Of a stretch of DNA of 64,000 bases, positions 29,358 to 39,252 are shown piece by piece. The stretch is from Smithellaceae bacterium (lineage in GTDB: Bacteria; Desulfobacterota; Syntrophia; Syntrophales; Smithellaceae): positions 64,001 to 128,000 of the forward strand of contig CAXXVL010000001.1 in assembly GCA_963667845.2 (NCBI GenBank), given 5' to 3'. Position numbers and translations under genes: made by a program. Position 1 is the first letter of the stretch, and each line of letters opens with the position of its first letter. Under the pieces are notes generated by a model that had not been told where the DNA came from, made no database searches, and saw only the letters and a list, made by a program, of their open reading frames with translations.

Positions 29358-30416
29358 ATGACTGGAAAACCTACCTGCAAAGATCTGGAACGGAGAATCA
29401 GATTGCTTGAAGAAGAATCGATCAAAGGCAGGCAGACCCAAGCCGCGCTGCGGGAGAGCGAGGAGCGGTATCGGACTGTCGTCGAGAGTGCCAATGAAGG
29501 CATTCATATCGCGCAGGACGAGCGACTTGTTTATATGAATCCCAAACTGGTCGAGATCACCGGCATTACGTTTGAGGAAGCGAGAGACAAACCACTTAGT
29601 GATTTTATCCATCCGGACGACCGGGCCATGGTGCTGGATCGATATCGGCGGAGATTAGCCGGAGAAAGCATTCCCGGTTCTTATGAATACAGAACATTAG
29701 GCAAGAACGGCCGCGTGATCTGGTTCAATATTTCAACGAAGAAAATTGATTGGAACGGCAGGCCGGCTACGCTCAATCTTTTGACCGATATCACCGCCCG
29801 CAAGCAGGCCCAGGAAGCACTGCAGGAACGTGTCAGAGAATTGAATTGCCTCTATTCTATTGCCGATCTGATTAACAAGACGGATCGTATAGAGGAAATA
29901 TTTCAGAGGACAGTCAATCTGATAACGTGCTGCTGGAATTATCCCGAAATTACCCGTGCACGGATTATGATCGGCGATCAGGAATTCAAAACTGCTGATT
30001 TCAAAGAAACGCCCTGGAAGATGTCCGCTGATCTGGTCGTCCAAAACGAGCCGGTCGGTTGCGTGGAAATATGCTATTTGCAGGAGATGCCCCAAAGCGA
30101 CGAGGGGCCCTTCCTGAAAGAAGAACGCAATTTGCTGAACGCCGTTGCCGAGCGCCTGGGGAGAGTCTCCGAACGTAAAAGGTATGAAAAAGAGCGTGAG
30201 GTGCTTATCGGGGAATTGCAGAAAGCACTTTCGGAAATCAAACAGTTGAGCGGGTTGCTGCCTATTTGTGCCTCCTGCAAAAAAATACGCAATGATAAAG
30301 GTTCCTGGGAACAAATCGAGGTGTACATCGGGGATCGTTCGGATGCTGAATTTACCCATGGTCTTTGTCCCGAATGTACAAAAAAGATTTATCCGGAGTT
30401 TTATAAAAAGAAATAA
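29358..30416 (+). CDS. PAS domain sensory protein with a C-terminal Cys/His motif
   Basis: ESEERYR.VVE, IHPDDR, DITARK; ends LPICASCKKIR...FTHGLCPEC. Confidence 0.85.
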   Translation: MTGKPTCKDLERRIRLLEEESIKGRQTQAALRESEERYRTVVESANEGIHIAQDERLVYMNPKLVEITGITFEEARDKPLSDFIHPDDRAMVLDRYRRRLAGESIPGSYEYRTLGKNGRVIWFNISTKKIDWNGRPATLNLLTDITARKQAQEALQERVRELNCLYSIADLINKTDRIEEIFQRTVNLITCCWNYPEITRARIMIGDQEFKTADFKETPWKMSADLVVQNEPVGCVEICYLQEMPQSDEGPFLKEERNLLNAVAERLGRVSERKRYEKEREVLIGELQKALSEIKQLSGLLPICASCKKIRNDKGSWEQIEVYIGDRSDAEFTHGLCPECTKKIYPEFYKKK

Positions 30417-30622
30417 GGGATGGAGTCAATCACGACTGCTTCTTACCGCTTTGCAAAAACCAGACGCCTGAAAAGAAATAAGACGTGAACCGCGTATCAG
30501 GCAACGGGAGAAAATATTACTAACGGATTCCAGCGGCAGGTGTGGGAGCGACAGGCGCCGATCGGCAGCGGGGCGACAGGAACGTACTCGCCAGTTAAGA
30601 TGAAAGGCAGACACGAAAAAAG

Positions 30623-31249
30623 ATGAGAAGAAGACCGGGAAGATTCTTAATTCTAGCGACGTGCCTTTGTGTTTTTGTCCTGTCCGGTTGCCCAGGCGGT
30701 TCTTCCGATCCGGTCGTAAGCACCGGTACCATCCACTTAAACAACATGAGCTCCGCCGCGATTGACCGTTTCTATCTTGTGCCTGTTGCCGATGCTTCAT
30801 TGGGCGCGGATCCGGTCATCGATTTGTTAGATCCGGGAGCGGCCATGCTTTTGCCGAATATCAACCCTGATTCCTATGACGCGAAGATCGGAGTCAATGG
30901 CCGGTACAGTGACTATTTTGCTTATGCGTATGATATTCCCGTCGCAGCGGGGACTACGATCGATCTGAATATTTATGATTCCAGTATTACCGGATCGCTG
31001 GAGATCTGCAATACGAGAGCCGCCGGCAATATCACCGGCGTCTATCTGGCGCCTGCGGACGAATCCGACTGGGGCGAAAACCAGACCTCATCGGCCATCG
31101 GACCGGCGGCCGTGCTTCATTTATATGATTTGGATCCCGGGCCTTATAAGATAAGGGTCGTCTGGGAAGACTTTTCGCAATCCATCTACGATGGGGCGAC
31201 TGGAATCACCATCGACTCATTGACCCTCACGACGCTCAACGTAAATTAA
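30623..31249 (+). CDS. Putative lipoprotein with two repeated beta domains
   Basis: Lipobox LSGC; repeated N.....I..(F/V)YL.P.....G. Confidence 0.7.
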   Translation: MRRRPGRFLILATCLCVFVLSGCPGGSSDPVVSTGTIHLNNMSSAAIDRFYLVPVADASLGADPVIDLLDPGAAMLLPNINPDSYDAKIGVNGRYSDYFAYAYDIPVAAGTTIDLNIYDSSITGSLEICNTRAAGNITGVYLAPADESDWGENQTSSAIGPAAVLHLYDLDPGPYKIRVVWEDFSQSIYDGATGITIDSLTLTTLNVN

Positions 31250-31262
31250 TCGGGGATTTCCT

Positions 31263-32339
31263 ATGAAACAAATGAAATCATTTTTGCACCTGAGTGTCCT
31301 TGCTGCCCTCGCGATCCTGATATCTATGGGGACGTTGTATGGCGCTTCGGTCAGCATGCAGCGAGAAGGGGCAGCTCAAAATCAGCGCCAAAGCGTTCAG
31401 GTAAAAAACGCCGCCGCCGGTCCCGCCGATAATCAGCTTACGTTTACCCCCGATCGGCTCAAAGATAAGAATGACTACGGCATGGAACTGGAATCCGAAA
31501 CGGGCGCCCGCACGGTAACTATCCAGCGCTATAAACTCCTGGCCAAAGGAACGGTCAATATTTTTATTTTGAATACGGGAGATCTTCACGAATCCTCCCA
31601 AAGGCTCACCAGCATTTCCCAGTACGTCAATAATATGAGGAAGCAGCATCCCGGCCGCGTCGTCCTTCTTGATGCGGGAGACATGCTGACCCATTTTAAA
31701 AGAGTCTCACCGGAAAGCGACTGGCAGGGTCAACACGACAAGATGTTCGGCTGGGCGCACTCGATGAAATATGATGCGCTGGTTTTCGGCAATCACGATT
31801 TCGTGCCGGGGGTCAAGACGACGCAGCAATTGATCGGCAAATATAATCTTCCTTTCATCTGCGCCAATCTGGAGCACCCGGATCTGAGTGTTCCCCGATC
31901 CAAAATAATTTCTCTCCCGATCACACTGAGCGACGGCAGCAGCATTACAGTGAAGATCGGGGTGATCGGGCTTTCCGATCAGGATTGGGTTGATTATCAT
32001 CACCCGACTGACTCGGATAAGAAGAATCTGACCGTTCATCCCGTCTATAACAGCACGACACTGGCACTGATCAAGACCGTCGAAGCCAATGCCGATTTCG
32101 TTGTTCTGCTTAGCCATAATTGGGATAATGTCGATAAAGACAGTGTTGCCAAGCTGACCGGAAATAAGACGCATATTATCGTGGGAGGCCACTCCCATAA
32201 AGTCCTTGCCGAAAAAGTGAGCGGCAAGTCTCTGATCAAATCCGGTGCGTACGGCCAGGATGTGGGCAGCACGATGGTGGAATGGAATCCCCATACCGCC
32301 TTGGTAGTTAAGGTGACTGCCCGCAACTCCGCGATGTGA
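31263..32339 (+). CDS. Exported metallophosphoesterase (5'-nucleotidase N-terminal-type domain)
   Basis: Signal peptide; TGDLH, LDAGD, GNHDF, LSH, GGHSH. Confidence 0.85.
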   Translation: MKQMKSFLHLSVLAALAILISMGTLYGASVSMQREGAAQNQRQSVQVKNAAAGPADNQLTFTPDRLKDKNDYGMELESETGARTVTIQRYKLLAKGTVNIFILNTGDLHESSQRLTSISQYVNNMRKQHPGRVVLLDAGDMLTHFKRVSPESDWQGQHDKMFGWAHSMKYDALVFGNHDFVPGVKTTQQLIGKYNLPFICANLEHPDLSVPRSKIISLPITLSDGSSITVKIGVIGLSDQDWVDYHHPTDSDKKNLTVHPVYNSTTLALIKTVEANADFVVLLSHNWDNVDKDSVAKLTGNKTHIIVGGHSHKVLAEKVSGKSLIKSGAYGQDVGSTMVEWNPHTALVVKVTARNSAM

Positions 32340-32564
32340 AGGAAAACAATGATCATGCTTTACACGGATGATTCGGCAAAGTCGCGTCGCTCGCCTTACC
32401 AAAAAAAATAGTTGCCGTTATGCCGATTTCATGTCGTAAATATTCGACATCAAAAGAAGTGACTTTATGGGAAGAGTGGCAGCGATTGCCGCCGTATATG
32501 CGGATCCGAATCTGCCTAAAACGCTTTGTCCGAATGCCGGAAAAATTGTGTGACCTAAGGAGGA

Positions 32565-32894
32565 ATGATGACCGCTAACTACCTTTTCATCGGCTGCAAT
32601 GGTTATGTGGCTGCCGTAAATCCGTACGATGGTTCGCAGGTATGGCGAACTCAATTAAAACCAGGGGTCCTGTCGGCCACCTCTCACGGGGATGTTTGTA
32701 TCCTGGAGCATGAGAATCGCGTTTATGCCGGTTGCGGCGGGCACCTTTTTGGCCTCGATGCCGGTTCCGGACAAATCCTCTGGCACAATGATTTAAAAGG
32801 CATGGGATATAACAATGTGACCCTGGCCATGGCGGGCAAGTCGATTCAATTTGCGACCCGTCGCGCTCAAACTCAGAATGCAAGTGATACGTAG
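32565..32894 (+). CDS. Small PQQ-like beta-propeller repeat protein
   Basis: YVAAVNPYDGSQVWRTQL and HLFGLDAGSGQILW repeats. Confidence 0.75.
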   Translation: MMTANYLFIGCNGYVAAVNPYDGSQVWRTQLKPGVLSATSHGDVCILEHENRVYAGCGGHLFGLDAGSGQILWHNDLKGMGYNNVTLAMAGKSIQFATRRAQTQNASDT

Positions 32895-32987
32895 GCTGGA
32901 CACATTTCCCGCTTGCACGCCGGCCTCGCCGGAATGTGCGGGAGGTGTACCGAATTCAGTTCGTTTTGGGAGCAGAGGTAAACATCA

Positions 32988-34805
32988 ATGACAAATTCTC
33001 TCATGAGTCGGTTGGGAAGCACGGTGCTGATCGGCAGCGGAGCGATCGGGACGTGTCTGCGCGAGATAAGCCCGATGGGCGAGGAGCCTGTTGAACTTCT
33101 CAACCTGAGGCAACCCGAAGCGGTGAAGAGCCTGCATGCCGCCTATCGCGCGGCGGGGTCGCAGATCCTGGTGACCAATACCTTTGCGGCCAATTCGCTG
33201 GTCCTTGATGATGCAGGTGTTGCCGGGTCATGCGGGGAGATCAACCGTGCCGGCGTCGCTCTGGCTCGGGAAGCAGGTTCGGCGGACTGCCTGGTCTGGG
33301 CCTCGGTGGGGCCGTTGCATTTAGGGTTGCGGCTCGATGATTATACAAACGGTGCCCTGGTGGACATCTATCGTCAGCAGTGCGAGGCGCTCGGCGGCGC
33401 CGATGCGCTTCTGATGGAAACCTTTGTGGACGTAAGAGAAGCACAAGCCGCCTTGCAGGCGGCCATGGCGACGGGCCTGCCCGTTATCTTTCAGATCGGA
33501 AATACCGGCGGCGGATCGCAACGCCGGCATCGTATCGATCAGCTTCTCGATTTGGCGCACCGGGCGGGCGTCATGGCCGTGGGAACAAACTGCCACCATC
33601 CGGAAGAGATCGTTCGCGTGGTATCCTACATTGTCGAGCACACTTGCCTGCCCGTAACCGCCTCTCCCAATGCCGGGCATCCGCGGATCGAACGCGGGGT
33701 CGTTCAATATGAGTTTTCACCGGATGATTTTGCCCGGGCGGCATTGACACTTGTGGCCGCGGGCGTTGCGGTTGTCGGCGGCTGCTGCGGCACGACGCCG
33801 GATCACATCCGGAAAATGGCCCAGGTGCTGGGAGAGCGCGCCGTCATGCCGCGGCCGCGCCTGAAAGCTGAGGCCGGGCAGGTGCCTTTGCCCTCCGAGC
33901 ATCCCCAGGCCGTCAATCCGGTTCGCGCGCTTTTGAAGAGCGATCGCTTTCTTGTGAGCGTGGAGATACGCGCCGACCGGACGCAGCCGCTTAGTGAGAT
34001 CGTTCACGGGGCGTCTGAGGTGGCGGCGGCCGGGGCCGACATATTCAATGTGCCGGATAATCCCGGGGCCACCGTCGGGCGCGACGCCATGGTCACGGCC
34101 GCCCGTCTGCAGAATGATCTGGGGATTCCCTCTATCTGCCATTTCAGTGTAACCCAGTCCAACCTGATGCGGCTGCACTCGACGCTGATCGGCTGCTGGG
34201 ATTCCGGTCTGCGGGGCCTTCTGGCGATTACCGGCGACGCGCCTTCGATGGGGCATCTGGGGAACCTGGCGCACCGTGTCGTGGATATGCGCAGCTCGGT
34301 GGAACTGCTGCGTCTGATCCGCGGACTGCGCGAAGGAAAAATTATCAACGGGGAGGGACTCGCGGACCCGCCCGACTTCTGCGCCGGCTGTGCCGTTGCG
34401 CGGCCGATCCCGCCGCAAATCCGCTGGCTCAAAACCAAAATCGAAGCCGGCGCCGAGTTTGTATTCTCCCAGCCGGTCTTCACGCTCGATGATTACAAAA
34501 AACTGCGCGACGCTCTGGCGGACTTGCCGATCCGGTTTTTCCCCGGCGTTATGCCACTTACGAGCCACCGCAGCGCCGCATTTCTGGCCGGCGGACGGAT
34601 TCCGGGCATTGTTGTTCCGGAGAATATTGTGGCTGCCTTCACGCGGTATGAAAAACTCGCCGACCAGCGCCGTTTCGGCCTGGATCAGGCATGCGCTCTG
34701 GCCCAGGGTATTGCGGCGGAGGCGTCGGGACTGTATCTCATCATGCCTTTCGGCAAAACCTGCTACGAAGATGCCGCACAGATTGTCCGCCACGTCCGAG
34801 GATGA
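32988..34805 (+). CDS. Bifunctional homocysteine S-methyltransferase / methylenetetrahydrofolate reductase (YitJ-like)
   Basis: TNTF.AN, GTNC, PNAG.P, GGCCGTTPDHI, followed by an MTHFR-like domain (LAITGD, KIEAGAEF..SQPVF). Confidence 0.88.
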   Translation: MTNSLMSRLGSTVLIGSGAIGTCLREISPMGEEPVELLNLRQPEAVKSLHAAYRAAGSQILVTNTFAANSLVLDDAGVAGSCGEINRAGVALAREAGSADCLVWASVGPLHLGLRLDDYTNGALVDIYRQQCEALGGADALLMETFVDVREAQAALQAAMATGLPVIFQIGNTGGGSQRRHRIDQLLDLAHRAGVMAVGTNCHHPEEIVRVVSYIVEHTCLPVTASPNAGHPRIERGVVQYEFSPDDFARAALTLVAAGVAVVGGCCGTTPDHIRKMAQVLGERAVMPRPRLKAEAGQVPLPSEHPQAVNPVRALLKSDRFLVSVEIRADRTQPLSEIVHGASEVAAAGADIFNVPDNPGATVGRDAMVTAARLQNDLGIPSICHFSVTQSNLMRLHSTLIGCWDSGLRGLLAITGDAPSMGHLGNLAHRVVDMRSSVELLRLIRGLREGKIINGEGLADPPDFCAGCAVARPIPPQIRWLKTKIEAGAEFVFSQPVFTLDDYKKLRDALADLPIRFFPGVMPLTSHRSAAFLAGGRIPGIVVPENIVAAFTRYEKLADQRRFGLDQACALAQGIAAEASGLYLIMPFGKTCYEDAAQIVRHVRG

Positions 34806-34852
34806 CCAAGAGGGACGGCGGATGACAAAAGAATGATTATCGGGGATACGAA

Positions 34853-35173
34853 ATGAAATATGCCTATTTATTCCTGTCCGTCGCATTCAATGTCGCCTCT
34901 TACTTTTTGTACAAGAGCATTTCCAACAGGGAAGGCGGCCTGTTCTGGACCGCTGTCTTTGTATCCGGATTAATTCTCGGGGGTATCAACGTGCTGTTTT
35001 TCACCAAAGCGCTTAAAAACATCCCCCTGAGCGTCGCCTATCCGGTATTTTCCGGAGCATGCATATTCGCAATGAGCCTCTTGTCGTACGTGTTCTTCGG
35101 CGAGAAGATAAGTGCACTCAATGCAGCCGGCGCCGTTGTCGTCGTGATCGGGATCGCCATGTTAACAAATTGA
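34853..35173 (+). CDS. SMR/DMT family small membrane transporter
   Basis: 106 aa, 4 TM helices, IPLSVAYPVF, FFGEKIS. Confidence 0.8.
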   Translation: MKYAYLFLSVAFNVASYFLYKSISNREGGLFWTAVFVSGLILGGINVLFFTKALKNIPLSVAYPVFSGACIFAMSLLSYVFFGEKISALNAAGAVVVVIGIAMLTN

Positions 35174-35219
35174 AGACTTCGGGAACAGCCCCCTTTCGGA
35201 AAGCAGCGAAGCATCGACT

Positions 35220-35987
35220 ATGAACGAAGAAAGAAGAACAGGAAGATATAAAGTCCTCGCGGTAGCGGCAATTACGCTCATCATGCTTGCCGGTTTCGCG
35301 TTATACATTTCTTTCTCGCGGACCGAATCGACAAAACCGTCTGTTCCACAGCGCGAGCGGATTGAATCGACATTGCCCGCTAGTCCGGTCCGGGGAATGG
35401 AGTCGAATATTTTTATGATTCAGGCCGGTGGAAAAAAGGACACGATCGCGGCGGCCGGCCAGATCTTTACACCAGGCCTCCGGACGCCTGTTTTGTATAA
35501 ACTGGGATTGTTGTTCGTTCAGAATCGCTTCACCAAGCAGGTGTCGGACTTCAAGCTGCAGGTCAGGCTTTCCGAGTGGGCCGGTGATCGCCCGGGGGCG
35601 GCAATCCTCTGGGTATCGGCACCGTGCGTCATCCCCAGCGTTACAGATGACTTTCAGGCCGACTGGGTGGATTTTGACGTACCGCACCTCCAGCTGGATC
35701 CCGCAAAGCAGTATGTTGCCTGGGTCACGTTAAGCGGTTTGGGAAATCCGCCGGATGCAGCCATCGGCATTCCGGGGATGGGGCCGCGTTATTCATCGCC
35801 GCAGGCGATGGGAGAACGGAAACCGGAACCAGCCGATTCGCCTTATCCGCAGGGGAAACGGGTGTTCTGTAAACGGGATCATCCGGACGGAGATTTATCG
35901 CAGATGTTCAATACCGCCTGGGAGGTGCATGATTCAGGGCACAATTTGCACTTCAGGATGTCATTTGAAAATGATGCGCCGGGTTGA
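35220..35987 (+). CDS. Hypothetical membrane-anchored protein
   Basis: One N-terminal TM helix, then a beta-rich domain (GQIFTP, WVDFD); no family recognised. Confidence 0.6.
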   Translation: MNEERRTGRYKVLAVAAITLIMLAGFALYISFSRTESTKPSVPQRERIESTLPASPVRGMESNIFMIQAGGKKDTIAAAGQIFTPGLRTPVLYKLGLLFVQNRFTKQVSDFKLQVRLSEWAGDRPGAAILWVSAPCVIPSVTDDFQADWVDFDVPHLQLDPAKQYVAWVTLSGLGNPPDAAIGIPGMGPRYSSPQAMGERKPEPADSPYPQGKRVFCKRDHPDGDLSQMFNTAWEVHDSGHNLHFRMSFENDAPG

Positions 35988-36003
35988 CGGCTGCGGTTGT
36001 ACT

Positions 36004-36537
36004 TTAGCGAATCCTGTAAGTTCTGCTCCTGTTTGTTTCAGATTTGCCTTCATTCAGATTGGAAAGATCGCGGTTCAGTTCAATGCATTTATACAATCTT
36101 ATATCCTGGTTGATTAGAGATTGCTTCCGGTGCAGCACGGATAGTTCGCTGTTGAGCTGAGTCATTTCGTCTTTTACGGGCGCCGGTCTTTCGAAGCGGC
36201 GTCTGGGGCCGGGATTATTCAGCGTCTCGTTCTTCGCGAGGTCCAATTGCTTTTTCTGCAGATCGGAACGTTGCCTCTCGAGCGCATTTATATCGTTGTT
36301 CACCTCTTCCAACTCGCGGGACAAATTGCTGCATCTGTCCGGTAAATTTGTTTTGGACGATGTTCTCCGGCTCTGGGGTTCCTCGGAAGTTTCCCCTCTG
36401 GAACATTTCATTCCTTCTTGAGGAACAGAAGTGAGCACGGCATTGCCATCGGCGTCGATACAGCGAAAGATCTCCTGCGCAGCGGCCGCCGTGGACAACA
36501 GAAAAAAGATGCCCAGAAGTAAAAATATCCGTTTCAT
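36004..36537 (-). CDS. Exported DUF4124-like protein with coiled coil
   Basis: Signal peptide, IFRCIDADGNAVLTSVP, C-terminal coiled coil; GAGGT RBS. Confidence 0.7.
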   Translation of the reverse strand: MKRIFLLLGIFFLLSTAAAAQEIFRCIDADGNAVLTSVPQEGMKCSRGETSEEPQSRRTSSKTNLPDRCSNLSRELEEVNNDINALERQRSDLQKKQLDLAKNETLNNPGPRRRFERPAPVKDEMTQLNSELSVLHRKQSLINQDIRLYKCIELNRDLSNLNEGKSETNRSRTYRIR

Positions 36538-36644
36538 TTCGTCACCTCGTTATTCGTCAACCAGGCATTTCTTCTTGCCGGTTCAGTGACCTGATCACCG
36601 CAGGGAAAGGCAGCGATCACCCTCGCGGGTGGCAAGGTCGATCC

Positions 36645-37952
36645 CTACAGTTTTCTCTTGTCAATGACACGGCTGGCTTTGCCTTCGGAGCGCTGGATGG
36701 TTTTGGGTTCGACCAGCTTGATTTTGGCCGTGATGCCCAGGTAGTCCTTCATGTCTTTTTTCAGCTGCTGCTCGAGCTTCTGGAGCACTTTGACCTCGTC
36801 AAAATTTTCCGCCTGCGTCTCCGACATCTCCACCTGAACCTCCAGCGTATCGAGCGTTCCTTCGCGGTCCACGATGAGCTGGTAGTGCGGTTCGAGGCCC
36901 TCGATACCGATGAGGACGGCTTCGATCTGCGAGGGGTAGACATTGACGCCGCGGATGATCAGCATGTCGTCGCTCCGGCCCATGACGCGGTCCATGCGGT
37001 AATGCGTACGTCCGCAGCGGCAGGGCGCGGGATTCAGACGGGACATGTCGCGCGTCCGGTAACGGATCAGGGGAAACGCTTCTTTCGTCAGCGTGGTAAA
37101 GACCAGTTCGCCCTCGGAGCCGGGCGGGAGGACCTCACCGGTTTTGGGATCGATGGTTTCCACCAGAAAATGGTCTTCAAAAATGTGCATGCCGTCTCGT
37201 GCTTCCGTGCACTCCATGGCCACGCCCGGGCCCATGATTTCCGACAGGCCGTAGATGTTCATGGCCGTGAGGTTCAATGTTTTTTCAATTTCATCGCGCA
37301 TCTTTTCCGTCCAGGGTTCCGCGCCGAAAACACCCACGCGCAGGGCCAGTGCGCGCATGTCCACACCCATGGCCTGCCCCTGTTCGGCGAGGTTCAGGGC
37401 ATAGGAGGGTGTGCAGCAGATGGCGGTCGGGCGAAAGTCCTGCAAAATCGTAATCTGGCGCTTGGTGTTGCCTCCCGACATCGGAATCACGCTCGCGCCG
37501 ATTTTTTCCGCGCCGTAATGGGCGCCCAGGCCCCCGGTGAACAGGCCATAGCCGTATGCGTTATGGATGATGTCGTTCTTCGTGAGACCCGCGGCCACGA
37601 AACAGCGGCCCATGAGTTCCGCCCAGGTATCGATGTCGTGTTTCGTATAGCCGACGACCGTGGAGGCGCCGGTAGTGCCCGATGAGGCGTGCAGACGGAC
37701 AACATTGCTCATCGGCGTGGCGAATAATCCGAAGGGGTAGTTGTCCCGCAGGTCCTGTTTGGTGGTAAACGGGAAACGCTTCAGATCGTCGAGCGATCTC
37801 AGGCTCTCGGGCGAGACCCCCCCCTTGTCGAAAGATTTCTTATAGAAACCGACGTTATGATATAACCGTGCGGCCACCTGTTGCAGTCTTTTGAGTTGCA
37901 GCGCTTCCAGGGCCTCGCGGGGCAGGGTTTCAAATTCTTCATTGTAGATCAT
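36645..37952 (-). CDS. paaK: Phenylacetate-CoA ligase
   Basis: [54 protein letters not shown]. Confidence 0.93.
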   Translation of the reverse strand: MIYNEEFETLPREALEALQLKRLQQVAARLYHNVGFYKKSFDKGGVSPESLRSLDDLKRFPFTTKQDLRDNYPFGLFATPMSNVVRLHASSGTTGASTVVGYTKHDIDTWAELMGRCFVAAGLTKNDIIHNAYGYGLFTGGLGAHYGAEKIGASVIPMSGGNTKRQITILQDFRPTAICCTPSYALNLAEQGQAMGVDMRALALRVGVFGAEPWTEKMRDEIEKTLNLTAMNIYGLSEIMGPGVAMECTEARDGMHIFEDHFLVETIDPKTGEVLPPGSEGELVFTTLTKEAFPLIRYRTRDMSRLNPAPCRCGRTHYRMDRVMGRSDDMLIIRGVNVYPSQIEAVLIGIEGLEPHYQLIVDREGTLDTLEVQVEMSETQAENFDEVKVLQKLEQQLKKDMKDYLGITAKIKLVEPKTIQRSEGKASRVIDKRKL

Positions 37953-38018
37953 GGGTTACGGTTCTCCTCCCGTTAATATGATGATTCTTCCTATAGCATA
38001 AACGTCTCTCAAAACAAA

Positions 38019-38228
38019 AGTTTTAAGTAATTAAGACTTAAGTAGTTAAGTTTTAAGTAATTAAGTTTTAAGTAATTAAGATTGAATTTAATCCCGCTCA
38101 CGCGGGGCGAGCGTTAATTCTCCATAGCTTGCTGCACGGTGGTTGATTATTTTTAACGCCGGGGACGCGTATTGGAAAGATTTTAGTTAACCCTTAAATC
38201 TTAAAACTTGATTACTTAAAACTTATTG
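38019..38228. repeat. AT-rich tandem 7-8 nt repeat arrays in inverted arrangement
   Basis: AGTTTTA/AGTAATTA units at 38019-38085, with complementary TTAAATC/TTAAAAC units at ~38185-38228. Confidence 0.8.
38088..38147 (+). repeat. Dispersed intergenic repeat, copy 1 of 3
   Basis: TTAATCCCGCTC..GGGG.CGAGCGTT.AT...TAGCTTGCT also at 43033 and 53219. Confidence 0.85.
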
Positions 38229-38254
38229 ACATGTGTATTCGTTCTTTCTATACT
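38226..38254 (+). promoter_or_regulatory. Sigma70-like promoter
   Basis: TTGACA-N17-TATACT upstream of the STAS gene. Confidence 0.72.
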
Positions 38255-38307
38255 CACGCCGTCCGAGCGGTAATTTTAGTTCGAGCTATATTAAAAGGAG
38301 CATGTCG

Positions 38308-38643
38308 ATGGAAATTGTTGTCACCAATGAGTCGGAAATCGTTGTTTTTGCAATTCGTGGCAGACTGGACGCTGTTACCGTTCCGCAACTGGAAGAGCGC
38401 CTCAACCAGTGGTTTGAGCAGGCTGAGAAAAAGCTGATCTTTGATCTGGACGGACTCGAATACATCAGCAGCGCCGGCCTGAGAGTCTTTCTCACCACGG
38501 CCAAAAAGATGAAAGCGCGCGACGGCAAAATGTGCATGACCAGACTCCGGGAGAATGTCAAAGACGTATTTACCATCTCGGGATTTATCGCTCTGATCCC
38601 CGCCTTCGAAACCCTGGGAGCAGCGCAGGACGCCGTTCGTTAA
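38308..38643 (+). CDS. STAS domain anti-sigma factor antagonist (RsbV/SpoIIAA-like)
   Basis: GRLDA, DL.GLEYISSAGLR (phospho-Ser), VF.ISGF; AAGGAG RBS. Confidence 0.92.
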   Translation: MEIVVTNESEIVVFAIRGRLDAVTVPQLEERLNQWFEQAEKKLIFDLDGLEYISSAGLRVFLTTAKKMKARDGKMCMTRLRENVKDVFTISGFIALIPAFETLGAAQDAVR

Positions 38644-38647
38644 TCCC

Positions 38648-39076
38648 GTGCCGGAATCATTGCGTATGCTGATTAAACAAATGCCCGCCCGGGTCGAAAG
38701 TCTGCATGAGCTCTTGACGTTCATCCGGAATGAGGGGAAGCAAAGAGGACTATCCGACGATACGCTGAACCGCATTGAACTGGTTGCGGAAGAAGCGCTG
38801 GTCAACGTGTTTGTTCATGGGTATGCGTCTCCGGGCGAGGGACAAGTTGAAGTGCGCAGCCTGGGTTCGGACAATCCGACGCTGACGATTGAAATCCGCG
38901 ATAAGGGTGTTGACTTCGATCCGCTGTCCATTGCCGATCCGGATATAAAATCCGATATTGCGAAGCGTAAGATTGGCGGGATGGGCGTATTTCTGATCCG
39001 CAAGATGACCGATCACGTTTCCTACCGGCGGGAAGCCGACAGCAATATCTTAACCATGTCTTTTTCCAATCGCTGA
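38648..39076 (+). CDS. Anti-sigma factor Ser/Thr kinase (RsbW-like)
   Basis: EEALVN...HGY, IRDKG..FDP, GGMGVFLI. Confidence 0.9.
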   Translation: MPESLRMLIKQMPARVESLHELLTFIRNEGKQRGLSDDTLNRIELVAEEALVNVFVHGYASPGEGQVEVRSLGSDNPTLTIEIRDKGVDFDPLSIADPDIKSDIAKRKIGGMGVFLIRKMTDHVSYRREADSNILTMSFSNR

Positions 39077-39158
39077 AGGTATCGGATCAGGAATCTGCCG
39101 GATTGGATTTTCCGGCGGGTCACGATACCTTCGCTAAAATAGAAATCATTCTGACATC

Positions 39159-39191
39159 AAACCGGCTGCGGTATCCACGGCCGGTTTTTTT
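39159..39191 (+). terminator. Putative intrinsic terminator
   Basis: AAACCGGCTG...CGGCCGGTTTTTTT between convergent genes. Confidence 0.6.
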
Positions 39192-39252
39192 ATGGTCGCA
39201 TTTCCCTGGAGAGAAAGAAATACCGGGTGACTTGCCCGTAGGTAAGATGGTG

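Noticed and set aside
38019..38228. CRISPR array
   Set aside because: Units are 7-15 nt with no unique spacers, and there are no cas genes in the window.
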